A stretch of 64,000 bases of DNA from Nitrospirota bacterium. GTDB lineage: Bacteria; Nitrospirota; UBA9217. Of the stretch, positions 37,588-47,269 are shown piece by piece. Position 1 is the stretch's first letter. The number at the start of each line of letters is the position of its first letter. The stretch lies in contig DATIZR010000061.1 of NCBI GenBank assembly GCA_035516965.1, positions 77,557 through 141,556 of the forward strand, in the 5' to 3' direction. The notes below the pieces were generated by a model, which did no database searches, had not been told where the DNA came from, and saw only the letters and a list, made by a program, of their open reading frames with translations. The position numbers and the translations under genes were made by a program.

Positions 37588-39060
37588 TTACTTTTGCCTC
37601 ACCCCTGAGGCCGCGGAGTAACCGGAGGGGGCCTCTTCACCCTTCTCGACATACTGCGGCAGTTCCACGGTAAAGGTAGTTCCGACCCCCACCTTGCTCT
37701 CCACTCGGATTTCGCCCTGATGATTTTTGATGATGCCATAACTGACCGAGAGACCGAGCCCCGTTCCAGCGTCGCCCTTGGTGCTGAAAAAGGGGTCGAA
37801 GATGTGGGGCAGGAACTCGGGGGGTATCCCCCTGCCTGTGTCCATCACGGTCACCTCCGTGGACGCGCGGCTCTTTCCCGGCCTCGACGAAATGACGATC
37901 CTGCCGCCCGGGGACGTCGCCTGGACGGCGTTCGTGACGAGATTGACGAGGACTTGCTGTATCTGGTGCTCATCGACGAAAACATGCGGCAACCCGTCGC
38001 CGAGGCGGATGCTTGTCTCGATATTGGAGACATCTATCATGTTCTGGACCAGCGTCAGCGTCTTCTGGATCACGACATTGATGTCGGCCTCCCGCGGGTT
38101 CGCGTCCTTGGGCTTGGAAAAGTCGAGCAGGTTTTTTACGATCTGCCGGATCCTATCAGTTTCCGCCTCCACCTTCTGCATCAAATCGATCCGGTCCTCT
38201 TCCCCCAGATTTTCGTACACCTCCGCGTAGGTCTGGGCGATCATGGAAATGTTGTTCAGCGGATTGGTCAGTTCGTGCGCCACGCCTGCCGTCAGGATGC
38301 CGAGGGACGCAAGCTTCTTGGACTGGATGATCTCTTCCTCGCGATGGGCCAGTTCCTCGGACATGGAATTGATGGCCGTGATGACCGCGCCGAGCTCGTC
38401 TCGGGTACGGAAGCCCTCTATCTTGTGGAAGTTGCCCTCAGAGATGGACTTCGTCATCGTTTCGATCGCCCTGAGCGATCGCACGATCTTCTTTGAGATG
38501 AAATGGCTGATAAAAAGGGCCGAAGCAAGGATGGCCCAGAAGGAAAAGATCAGGATGTTCTTCGAACTCAGGATGATCTCGTTTACGCGCCGCCGCTCCA
38601 GCTGGGTGATGGAATCGGAGTATTCCTTCAGTTTGCGCCCTGCCGACCGAATCTTCGCCTCCAGATAGGGGTCCGGAAGGTTCTTGCTCGGCGCTTCGCC
38701 GATAGTATCGGAATAGGCCTTGAGCAGGGTCTGGAGTTTTTCCAGGTCAGTCTCCCCGATTGCCGGAATGATGTCTTTCTTCGCTGCTTCGAGGGTTTCC
38801 TGGGTAGCAGAGATCTTTTCCCGTATCTCCCCCAGCGCCATCCGATCGCGGTAGAGAAAGTAGTTCTTTTCCGACAGCCTCATGGTGAGAAAGGACGCGT
38901 TCAGATCGTCGGCGATCTCCACGAACCGGAGCTTCGTGAGGACGAGCGTCATGTTCTGGAAGGCGAAGAAGCCGATCAGAATGATGAACGCCGCGTTGAT
39001 ACTGTTGGAAATAATGAGTTTTTTCTCGATCTTCATGCTTCGAGTATTATACTCTATCAC
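37588..39060 (-). CDS. sensor histidine kinase (TM sensor domain with EKNYFLY motif, HAMP, HisKA, HATPase_c)
   Basis: H-box GVAHELTNPLNNI, N/G boxes; N-terminal sensor paralogous to the kinases at 51734 and 60578. Confidence 0.85.
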   Translation of the reverse strand: MIEYNTRSMKIEKKLIISNSINAAFIILIGFFAFQNMTLVLTKLRFVEIADDLNASFLTMRLSEKNYFLYRDRMALGEIREKISATQETLEAAKKDIIPAIGETDLEKLQTLLKAYSDTIGEAPSKNLPDPYLEAKIRSAGRKLKEYSDSITQLERRRVNEIILSSKNILIFSFWAILASALFISHFISKKIVRSLRAIETMTKSISEGNFHKIEGFRTRDELGAVITAINSMSEELAHREEEIIQSKKLASLGILTAGVAHELTNPLNNISMIAQTYAEVYENLGEEDRIDLMQKVEAETDRIRQIVKNLLDFSKPKDANPREADINVVIQKTLTLVQNMIDVSNIETSIRLGDGLPHVFVDEHQIQQVLVNLVTNAVQATSPGGRIVISSRPGKSRASTEVTVMDTGRGIPPEFLPHIFDPFFSTKGDAGTGLGLSVSYGIIKNHQGEIRVESKVGVGTTFTVELPQYVEKGEEAPSGYSAASGVRQK

Positions 39061-39232
39061 CGTTTTTTTGGGAACCTGTTAATTTGCCGCGGCGTGGCGC
39101 CGTGTCAGGAAGGCCCCAGCCCTTTCTTCTGCTCCACCGTTCTTCGTCACTTCAGGGATCAACCGGGATTTGCGTCGTAAAGCCCGCGGGAAGGAGGTAC
39201 GGGGACGCCCGACAGTTCAAGCGGATAGGCGC

Positions 39233-39796
39233 TCAGGTTCCTGTGCTTCTCTGGTGTTCGGAAGGAAGATCGGCAATGTACATGGTCTCCGTAAGGGACA
39301 GGTCTATCTGGTAACCTAATTCCTGGTTCGCCCGTCTGATGAAACGAATTATTTCCCTGATATCTGCCGACTCCCCGAAGAATATTTTGCGAATTCCTTT
39401 CTGAGCGTTGATCAGGAGGTTGTACCGCCCACGGAAGACCCCGATCAAAAGCCACAGACCGACCCCGACCATGAGCCAGATGACGAGAGGCGCGATGGGG
39501 ATTCCCAGCGTAAGAGATCTTATTTTGACGAGATAAACACCGCCTTCTGCCATGATGAATGCCGCGATGACAAGGACAAGGCCGGTCACCACCAGGACGA
39601 AACCCGAAAGAAACCGCAGAAACGGGTGTCGTGATTTTGAATCGTGGCGCAGTTGGACCCCCCGGATCTCCTCTTTTGGCACGGTGACCAGGATCTTGTC
39701 CCCTTCCACTTGACTGATACCTGATGGCGAAATTTGTACCGTTGAGCATCTCATGCGAGTATGATAAAAACTCCGAATAAAATAAATTAAGAGCAC
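39233..39796 (-). CDS. hypothetical membrane protein
   Basis: Several hydrophobic helices; start uncertain. Confidence 0.4.
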   Translation of the reverse strand: MLLIYFIRSFYHTRMRCSTVQISPSGISQVEGDKILVTVPKEEIRGVQLRHDSKSRHPFLRFLSGFVLVVTGLVLVIAAFIMAEGGVYLVKIRSLTLGIPIAPLVIWLMVGVGLWLLIGVFRGRYNLLINAQKGIRKIFFGESADIREIIRFIRRANQELGYQIDLSLTETMYIADLPSEHQRSTGT

Positions 39797-39863
39797 GCCT
39801 CAGAGAAGTCCCGCCCCCGGAATTTTCGGCCGGGGGGCGGGATTCAGGAGCCGGCAATCACAA

Positions 39864-41399
39864 TCAAACTTCCGCGAATTCCTTGGCTGCTTCCGCGGCT
39901 TCCGCGTCCACCTTGGTTTCCTTCTTGGCAGTTGAAAGAACCGCGGCGACCACGTTCAGCACCAGGAGGACGCCCATCACCACGATAAAGCCCCGCATGA
40001 AGGCGTGGTCCTTCATTTCGACGGGGATGCTGCCATTGCTGAAAATATGCTGAACAGCACCATACCCCTTATCAGCCAGGTATTTATGCTCCAGTTTGGT
40101 GAAGATCAAGCCTGAAATATCAACACCGAAGATCAGCCCGAGGGACCGCATCATGTTCAAGACACCGCCAGCAAGGCCCAGTTTTTCCCTGGGAGCGGCG
40201 CCCATGATCGCGCTGTTGTTGGGAGGTGTGAACATGCCCATCCCGACGCCCAGGAGCACTAATTCACCGATCAATAAGATAAAATGTGAGCGAACTCCCA
40301 GGAACAACAGGGCAAAACAAGCGAGTGCAGACACCATCATGCCCGAGGCCGTCATGATCCTCGAACCGTATTTGTCGGAGATATGGCCCGAAAACGGCGC
40401 AACGAGCGCCATGGCGAGTGGAATAGGCATAAGAAGGGTGCTCGTCAAGACCGGGCTGTAATTAAGCACTTTTTCGAGATAGAACGGCATCAGGAAGAGG
40501 ACGGCAAACAGAACGTAATACGACATCATGCCGGTCAGATTGCCGATCAGGAATGTGCTGTTCTTGAACAATTTCAGATCGATGAGCGGATGCGCAACCC
40601 GCAGTTCCGTCAGCACGAACAGGCCGAGCAGGACACAGGCGTGTATGAAGTAGACAATGATGGTGTACGAACCCCATCCCAGGCTTACTACTTCGTTGAA
40701 TCCCAGCACGAGAAATGCGAGGCCCGACGCGAAGAATATCGTTCCGAGATAATCGATTGACTCTTTTTTCTCGGCTTTTTCATTGGGCGGCAGAACAAAC
40801 AGGGCGGCGACCGTGCCAAGGATGCCGATCGGAATATTGATGTAGAACACGGAACGCCAACCGATCGTGGAGATCAGCACGCCTCCCACGAAAGGACCAA
40901 CGGCCATGGCAATCGCCTGTACGGCTCCCTGAATGCCGATTGCCTTGCCCCGCTCAGTCCCCGGAAAAGCCTGAGTGATCAACGCGACGGAATTCGCCTG
41001 CAAAAGCCCGGCGCCGATTGCCTGGAGGACACGAGCGGCAATAAGGAATATGGCAGATGTAGCCATTCCGCAGAACAGCGACCCTACGGTAAAGACGACA
41101 AATCCCGCATTATACAGCCTCGATCTGCCGAACATGTCGGCGAGCCTTCCGAAAAAGGGAAGGAAGATAGTCAGAGTGAGCATGTACGACATTGCCACCC
41201 ATTCGATGAGGGACATGGAAACATTGAACTCGCTTTTCAGGGTCGGCATGGCAACGTTGACAATGCTGACGTCCAGTGCGGACATCGTCGCGCCGATCAG
41301 AACATTAATCAGAATGAACCACTTCCAGGTAGGCCTGGCGGAGAAAATCGGATGGGGAAACTGCTTAAGACTCTTAATGGAAAACATGGTAAATGCCAT
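39864..41399 (-). CDS. MFS transporter, DHA2 (EmrB/QacA, 14-TMS) family
   Basis: 511 aa, 14 predicted TM segments, MFS motif A (GRLADMFGRSR). Confidence 0.9.
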   Translation of the reverse strand: MAFTMFSIKSLKQFPHPIFSARPTWKWFILINVLIGATMSALDVSIVNVAMPTLKSEFNVSMSLIEWVAMSYMLTLTIFLPFFGRLADMFGRSRLYNAGFVVFTVGSLFCGMATSAIFLIAARVLQAIGAGLLQANSVALITQAFPGTERGKAIGIQGAVQAIAMAVGPFVGGVLISTIGWRSVFYINIPIGILGTVAALFVLPPNEKAEKKESIDYLGTIFFASGLAFLVLGFNEVVSLGWGSYTIIVYFIHACVLLGLFVLTELRVAHPLIDLKLFKNSTFLIGNLTGMMSYYVLFAVLFLMPFYLEKVLNYSPVLTSTLLMPIPLAMALVAPFSGHISDKYGSRIMTASGMMVSALACFALLFLGVRSHFILLIGELVLLGVGMGMFTPPNNSAIMGAAPREKLGLAGGVLNMMRSLGLIFGVDISGLIFTKLEHKYLADKGYGAVQHIFSNGSIPVEMKDHAFMRGFIVVMGVLLVLNVVAAVLSTAKKETKVDAEAAEAAKEFAEV

Positions 41400-41814
41400 C
41401 TCCTTTCACGTTGTGCACATAATAATCCATACATCCGGACAGAGAAGAGGAGATGCCTTCGCCGGGCGCCCTTGCAAAAAGCCGATACACGCTTTTCGGT
41501 TTGGGGGTCCGGTTCATACGCGGAACCAGGAAGATCCCCGGCTTGAGCCGATAGAAAACGCTTGTATGAGTGTCCTTATTTATTGCAACCGGGGGGAGCG
41601 GATCCGTTCGATCCAACCCGCGGTATTTCGTATCCGTGTCCGGATCAGACTCCCCGCGTATGCTCACCATGCTGCCGTAAAAGGAAAAGTCGATGGTGAT
41701 ATGGCGGTCGTCCTTTGCTTCGAGCATGGCCGGCGCCGGTTTGGCGCTGACAAGCTGAAGCAGGCTGAACAACAGCATGAGCAGCGTCGTTCCGAGGAAA
41801 CGCGTACTGCCCAT
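41374..41814 (-). CDS. secreted hypothetical protein (short paralog of the 46481-47269 product)
   Basis: Signal peptide; shares the HITIDFSFYGSMVSIRGESDP block with the longer paralog but lacks its C-terminal half; possibly truncated. Confidence 0.45.
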   Translation of the reverse strand: MGSTRFLGTTLLMLLFSLLQLVSAKPAPAMLEAKDDRHITIDFSFYGSMVSIRGESDPDTDTKYRGLDRTDPLPPVAINKDTHTSVFYRLKPGIFLVPRMNRTPKPKSVYRLFARAPGEGISSSLSGCMDYYVHNVKGDGIYHVFH

Positions 41815-41928
41815 TAGTCTGGCATATCGAGCATAATGTATGAAATGTAAGAATGAATGGATATACATTAGTGTTCCCCCACCTGTGAAAACGCCGATTC
41901 CGATACCGCCGGCACACTCGTGCGCCGG

Positions 41929-43170
41929 TCACTCGGGATAGGCAATCCCCCTGGGAATCTCTGCCTGTTCCTTCCTGACGGGCCAGTACCACAGCATCCC
42001 GTCCACGAGCATCAGGACACCGGCCGCCATGAGCCAGAGATTGAACGATGTGAGCAGGCCGAAGCCGAAATAGCTGATGATACCGATGCCGATGCTCAGG
42101 AACGATATCCCCGTCCTGATGAAGGCAAGCCCGGTCCTTGCCCGGGCGTAAATGGTCCGGTAGCAGGCCGCGATCGTCCGCTGGGCCGCCAGAACATTCC
42201 GCTCGCGCGCGAACATGGTGCGCGTCTTGGAGGAAGGCGTCGGATTGAGATAGGTACTGTGTTCGGCAAGGTAGTCTCCCATCCGCGCAAGCATCGTTCC
42301 CTGCGTTTCCCGGCTGATGCCGGTGTCCTCCATAAAATGATAATTCTCCAGGAACTGGATCGTCGCAGCCGTGACCTCGACGAGCGTCTGGTGCCCGGGC
42401 GGTGTAAGACGGGATTTCCGGACGTTCAAATAGATCGGCAACCCGTAAAAGGAGATCGCAACACCGAGGATGAGCACGGAGAAATACAGGACGGGGTTAT
42501 AGGCGATGTCTTTCGATCTCAAGAGCATGTTCGAGATCGCGATCGTGCCAAGGCCCCACCTAAGGAAGGCGAGGCCGGTCCGGGCTTTTGCCAGGTCGGT
42601 CCGGTAGCAGGCCATCCTCGTGCGCCACTGGGCCATCGTGTTCCGCCAGGAGGCAAGGCCCGTCCGCTCGGTGCCGATCAGAAGCCCCACCTTCGCATGA
42701 AGAAAATCCTGAATGTACCATTGGATATCGGAATCAAGGGTTACCCTGAATTCGTACCGGTCCGCCTTGATGTACTTTTTCACGTCCTTCCGCATCGCGG
42801 GACTTTCGGGATTTCTCGCGGCGATTACCACGGTCCCCGATCTCTCTTTCATCACCGGCATCCACTGGTACGATGAAAGGGAGTCCTGGCTGACGGCGGA
42901 GAGCAATTCCGGAGGAATGGGCAGGCGCTCGTCGTATTCAATGGACTTGCAGCGATAGTATGCCGCGAGCGCATCGAGCAGGTGCCTCTTGGTCACGCCA
43001 AACTCCCGGAGCAGTACCCTTTCGAGATCGACTCCCCTGGCCTGAGCCATGCTGACCGCTTCTTCAAGCTCCGTCCGGTTCAGAATCCCCCGGTCCACGA
43101 GAAGGGAAAACTCCGACTCCTGCCGGATCACGGCGTTCGCGAATTCGTCATTTACGAGATCATTCGTCAT
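41929..43170 (-). CDS. MshEN/T2SSE_N-like (c-di-GMP-binding type) N-terminal domain fused to 2 DUF202 (YidH-like) membrane modules
   Basis: N-terminal about 140 aa resembles the GspE/MshE N-terminal domain (LLREFGVTKRHLLDALAAYY..., IKADRYEFRVTLDSDIQ); followed by two repeats of RTxxAxxRTxLAxxRTGLAF plus TM helices characteristic of DUF202. Confidence 0.6.
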   Translation of the reverse strand: MTNDLVNDEFANAVIRQESEFSLLVDRGILNRTELEEAVSMAQARGVDLERVLLREFGVTKRHLLDALAAYYRCKSIEYDERLPIPPELLSAVSQDSLSSYQWMPVMKERSGTVVIAARNPESPAMRKDVKKYIKADRYEFRVTLDSDIQWYIQDFLHAKVGLLIGTERTGLASWRNTMAQWRTRMACYRTDLAKARTGLAFLRWGLGTIAISNMLLRSKDIAYNPVLYFSVLILGVAISFYGLPIYLNVRKSRLTPPGHQTLVEVTAATIQFLENYHFMEDTGISRETQGTMLARMGDYLAEHSTYLNPTPSSKTRTMFARERNVLAAQRTIAACYRTIYARARTGLAFIRTGISFLSIGIGIISYFGFGLLTSFNLWLMAAGVLMLVDGMLWYWPVRKEQAEIPRGIAYPE

Positions 43171-44815
43171 AGTGATTAAAAATAATCGTCCTCCAGGAAA
43201 AGGCCGGCTTGCCGTAATCGGGAACGGTTATCTCCATGTCTCCGTAACAATAGGGGAATTGTTTCCTCATGCGTTCGGCGGGCAGAATCCAGCGATATCC
43301 GTCAGCGATGAGCACAAGACCGACGACGATGAGCAGCGTGTTAAAGATCGTCCAGCCCGGGGAAGCCGTGCCGAAATAGGCCATAAGGCCCGCGCCCACG
43401 GAAGTGATGCTCATGCCTGTCCTGACGTAGGCCAGACCCGTCCGCGCGACTGCCATGACGGTGCGGAGTCTGGCCATGACGCCCCGGCGGTCGGCGAGCA
43501 CCGTGCGTTCGAGGGCGACTCCTGTCGTGGCCCAGATGCCGGGCAGCTGGGTTGCCGTGACCGGCGGCCCGTTCCTGTCTTTCTTCGAACCCGAGCGTTT
43601 GTGACCGGGAGGAAACGTCAGGTCCCAGATGGTATCCTTATCGAGCACGTTGAGAACGGACCGGTATCCTTCGATCCCCGCCATTCTGCCGCCGAAATAC
43701 CAGTGGAGACCCTCCGCGGACATTAGGACACCGGCGATGACGAGGGAAACGTCGAAGACCGTCCACCCGCTTGTTTGAAATTGCCTCATCAACCCGATGC
43801 CAAGACCGGTGAAGGCAATGCCGGTCCTGGTAAATGCCAGTCCCGTTCTTGCCTTGGCAAGCTTTGTACGGTGGCCGGCCAGCGAGGTCCGCTCCTCCGC
43901 CATGTCGGTCCGGTCGCTTGCCAGATATCTCCGTCTCATGACCGGTGACAGGTTCTCCCAGTCGGCCCGGAGCTCCGTCGCTCCCTGCATCTCTCCCGTG
44001 CGGCTGAAAAGAGCGTGTCCGCTGCTCAAATCGTCACGCAGAACGCGGGAGCCCCAACTCGCCGGCGTGCGGGTCGCGTCGATCGGCTTGCCGGCGATCC
44101 CTCTCGAGGGCAGATACCATTTGATCCCGTCATAAACCATGACGATCCCGGCGACCAGGAGCGGTGTTTCCAATATAACGTACCAGTTAGCGCCGAGCAT
44201 ACGCAAGAAAAGGAGGGCGATGACGATGAAGGCGACGCCGGTCCTGATAAAAGCCAGACCGGTTCTGCCCTTCGCGAACAGCGTACGGTAATGCGCATAT
44301 GTCGACCGCCGGTAGGCGAAGAGGGTCCGTACGCGCGCAAGCGGCGTCCGTCCGCCCGAGATGCTGAAATTGGGGTTCACGTCGAAATTGTGCTCGATAA
44401 TGCGGATGAGGTCGGCTGCCAGGGCGACCCGGAAATCGATCCGATCGACACCCAGCGTCTTCTTGATGTCCTCCGCCACCTCCGGATCTTCGGGGCGGCA
44501 GGCGACGACCTCGGCCCGGTTCTCTCGAACGGAAAGGGGGAACCAGAGCGCCTTCTTTTGATGCTCAAGGTCGAGTCGCAGGACGACAAAATAGGACGCG
44601 ACAACGCTTTCATCGTATTCCACGAAGGGAAGGCCGTAATACTCGGAGAGGCAGAAGAGGACCTCGTGTTTAGGCACACCCTTCCGGACCAGCAGCTCTT
44701 CCACAGAGACGCCCGCTTCGCTCGCCTCCCGGTGCAGAGTCTCAAGCTCGGCAGCGCCAAGGAAGCCGCGCATCACCAGGCGATTGAATTTTGTCATTAT
44801 CATAGTCACTTTCAC
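43160..44815 (-). CDS. MshEN/T2SSE_N-like N-terminal domain fused to 3 DUF202 membrane modules (tandem paralog)
   Basis: Same architecture as the downstream gene: T2SSE_N-like domain then three RTxLAxxRTxLA + TM repeats. Confidence 0.6.
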   Translation of the reverse strand: MKVTMIMTKFNRLVMRGFLGAAELETLHREASEAGVSVEELLVRKGVPKHEVLFCLSEYYGLPFVEYDESVVASYFVVLRLDLEHQKKALWFPLSVRENRAEVVACRPEDPEVAEDIKKTLGVDRIDFRVALAADLIRIIEHNFDVNPNFSISGGRTPLARVRTLFAYRRSTYAHYRTLFAKGRTGLAFIRTGVAFIVIALLFLRMLGANWYVILETPLLVAGIVMVYDGIKWYLPSRGIAGKPIDATRTPASWGSRVLRDDLSSGHALFSRTGEMQGATELRADWENLSPVMRRRYLASDRTDMAEERTSLAGHRTKLAKARTGLAFTRTGIAFTGLGIGLMRQFQTSGWTVFDVSLVIAGVLMSAEGLHWYFGGRMAGIEGYRSVLNVLDKDTIWDLTFPPGHKRSGSKKDRNGPPVTATQLPGIWATTGVALERTVLADRRGVMARLRTVMAVARTGLAYVRTGMSITSVGAGLMAYFGTASPGWTIFNTLLIVVGLVLIADGYRWILPAERMRKQFPYCYGDMEITVPDYGKPAFSWRTIIFNHYDE

Positions 44816-45136
44816 GAGGCGAAAAACATCCAGAAAGATCGAGTTTGCGGGACCGGGTCCAGGGATTCAACAGTGGAGGAAGCATGACCTTCGTGCTTCT
44901 TCGGGAAGATGAGGGCGGGGTCTCTGCTGAGATCTTTCGAACAAACTTCAGAAGCGGCACGGCTCGTGCTCATCCCGAGCGGGGAACTCGCAATGCACTT
45001 TCTTGCCGGCCCGTTTCCGTCTTCGTGTTTAGCACCTTCTTTTCTTTATATCAATGCTCTCGCCGTACTGCATGCAGGGCAGAGCTGCGCTACGGGAACC
45101 CGACTCGCAGCCTCTGCTGCGGATAGCCACGGCCTC

Positions 45137-45559
45137 CTACACTCCCACGACAAACACGGGGCAGGGAGCGCGGTCAATCACCTTCTCGACGACATGGTCG
45201 CCGAAGAGCCGGCTGAAGAGCCCCTTCTTCTTTTTCGAACCCATGATGATGAGGTCGCACCTTTCCTCTTCGGCCACCTCAACGATGCGCTGCGGTACGT
45301 CGCCCTGCTCCAGGCGGGTCTTGATGAGCGCGCCCTCCCGCTCGGCGATGCTCTTGATCTGCCTGGCGGCCTCCGAACCGCCGTCATCAAGCACGTCTTG
45401 CAGGTTCTTGATGCCGGTCAGGTTGAGGTCGCCGTCAAAGGGCTGGACGACCTTGACCACGGTGATCCAGGTCTTTTCGTCCCGGGCGAGCCTAATCCCC
45501 TGTTCGAGGACCTGCTTGTGTCCGTTCAATGCGATCAGGACCTTCCGATAACCTTTCAT
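45137..45559 (-). CDS. universal stress protein (single Usp domain)
   Basis: 140 aa UspA fold, C-terminal G-x2-G-x9-G(S/T) ATP-binding motif (IMGSKKKKGLFSRLFGDHV). Confidence 0.85.
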   Translation of the reverse strand: MKGYRKVLIALNGHKQVLEQGIRLARDEKTWITVVKVVQPFDGDLNLTGIKNLQDVLDDGGSEAARQIKSIAEREGALIKTRLEQGDVPQRIVEVAEEERCDLIIMGSKKKKGLFSRLFGDHVVEKVIDRAPCPVFVVGV

Positions 45560-45615
45560 CTCTTCAGCTCCTTAATCCGACAGCGTGCACGCTTGCAGGC
45601 TTGTCAGTTTGTGTC

Positions 45616-46479
45616 TTACTTCACGATCAGGATCGGGCACGATGCATGGGCGATCGTGCGGTCCGCGGTGCTTCCCATGATCGCCTTGTTCACGCCGCGC
45701 CAGCCGTGGGTCCCCATGACGATGAGGTCGCTCTTCAGCCGTTCGGCCATCTCGACGATCTTGTCTCCCGCGTGCCCTTCCTGGACGACTGCCTTGATCG
45801 GGACGCCGATGTCGGCTGCCAGCTTTTTCGCGACCGACGCGATCTTCTCGGCCTCCTGATACAGGCTCTTGCTGATCGACTCGGTCTTGAAGAAGTCCAT
45901 CATCTCCTCGTACCGCGGGATGACGTACAGGACGGATACCTCGCCACCATCCTCCTTTGCGAGTTCGCCGGCCCGGATCAGCGCTTTCCTGCTCGAAGCC
46001 GACCCGTCAAAAGGCACCAGCAGGGAGGAGTACGTTCCCGAGCACCGGGTGCAGTCCTTTTTCACGACCAGCACGTCGCAGGAGGCGTTCAGGATGATCT
46101 GGGAAGTCACGCTGCCCATCAGAAGCCGTCTGAGCCCCTTCCTTCCGTAGGTGCCGAGCGCGATGAGGTCGGCGTTCTTTCCCCGCGCCGTTTCCAGGAT
46201 CACCTCGGGCGGCTCGCCCTGGCAGACGTAGGACTCGACGCTCCCGTTCAGACCGAATTCGTCCTGCAGGTTCTTCTTCGCGGTCATGCAGACCTGCGTG
46301 CCGAATGCGAACCGCTTGTCCACCTGCTCGGGAAGGATAGCGAACTCCTCCTGATCGAAATAGACCGCGTGGACCAGGCAGAGCTTTCCGCCGTGCTGCT
46401 TCACCCGGAGCGAAGCCTCTTTCAGCGCCGCTTTACTCGATGCTGATTCATCATATCCGACGACAATCGAGCTATACAT
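45616..46479 (-). CDS. tandem universal stress protein (2 Usp domains)
   Basis: 287 aa with two Usp repeats (…LIALGTYGRKGLRRLLMGSV…, …LIVMGTHGWRGVNKAIMGST…). Confidence 0.85.
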   Translation of the reverse strand: MYSSIVVGYDESASSKAALKEASLRVKQHGGKLCLVHAVYFDQEEFAILPEQVDKRFAFGTQVCMTAKKNLQDEFGLNGSVESYVCQGEPPEVILETARGKNADLIALGTYGRKGLRRLLMGSVTSQIILNASCDVLVVKKDCTRCSGTYSSLLVPFDGSASSRKALIRAGELAKEDGGEVSVLYVIPRYEEMMDFFKTESISKSLYQEAEKIASVAKKLAADIGVPIKAVVQEGHAGDKIVEMAERLKSDLIVMGTHGWRGVNKAIMGSTADRTIAHASCPILIVK

Positions 46480-46480
46480 A

Positions 46481-47269
46481 TCAGTGAGAGCCTCCGCCCT
46501 TTCTGAAGATCATGCCGACACCGAAACCCGCCGTCAGCGCGATCCCGATCGAAAGGAAGCCATAGACGGCGCCGCTGTCCTTGGCCATGTTCGCCAGCAT
46601 TTTGACCGTGCCCACCTGCTCCACATTGACCTTCGACTCCGCCTGCTCCACCACGCTGCCGTTCTTCACGGCATAGACCGTGACGAGGTAATCGCCGGGC
46701 GCCGCCTGATAGGGCCAGTCCGTCAGGATGTAGTACTCCTGCCTGCCGGCAGCCGTTGTCTTGGTCGTGATCCCGCCGAACGCGGAGGTATAGACCTTGG
46801 AGTCCTCCTTGAACTTGACGAATTCATCGAACCACTTGGCCTTCTCTTCTTCATTGGTGACCGGGGTCACCTCCACATGTTTTTCGAGCGCGGGATAACC
46901 GATGACATGTTTTTCCTGCTCTTCCTTGCTGAGCATATCGTCGAGCTTCCTGGTGCTGTACACGGCGTAAAAATTAGGCGTCTGCTCGAACTTGAGCTGC
47001 CCCACGTTCATCCACAGTACCCCGGCGACCTTGCCCTTCTGCTTCAGGACCTGATGGCCTTCGGGGGAGGTCATCTTGATGACCAGGTCGACATTGGGGT
47101 CCGACTCGCCCCGTACGCTCACCGTGCTGCCGTGATAGAAGAAGTCGATCGTGATGTGGTCATGGTTCGCCTTTGCCGTAAGCATGGCGAAAGCGTCATG
47201 GGTAATGCCGAGTTGCAGCATACAGATTGCAAATAAAGCTGCTATGATAAATTTGAAATTCGGTTTCAT
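46481..47269 (-). CDS. secreted/membrane-anchored hypothetical protein (signal peptide, C-terminal TM helix)
   Basis: 262 aa; translationally coupled (ATG/TAA 1-nt overlap) to the upstream TSUP permease gene; paralog of 41374-41814. Confidence 0.55.
   Translation of the reverse strand: MKPNFKFIIAALFAICMLQLGITHDAFAMLTAKANHDHITIDFFYHGSTVSVRGESDPNVDLVIKMTSPEGHQVLKQKGKVAGVLWMNVGQLKFEQTPNFYAVYSTRKLDDMLSKEEQEKHVIGYPALEKHVEVTPVTNEEEKAKWFDEFVKFKEDSKVYTSAFGGITTKTTAAGRQEYYILTDWPYQAAPGDYLVTVYAVKNGSVVEQAESKVNVEQVGTVKMLANMAKDSGAVYGFLSIGIALTAGFGVGMIFRKGGGSH

Noticed and set aside
39797-39863. GC-rich hairpin cccgcccccgg-N7-ccggggggcggg after the MFS gene
   Set aside because: Strong stem but no U-tract on the transcribed strand; could be a weak or Rho-assisted terminator but evidence is insufficient to annotate.
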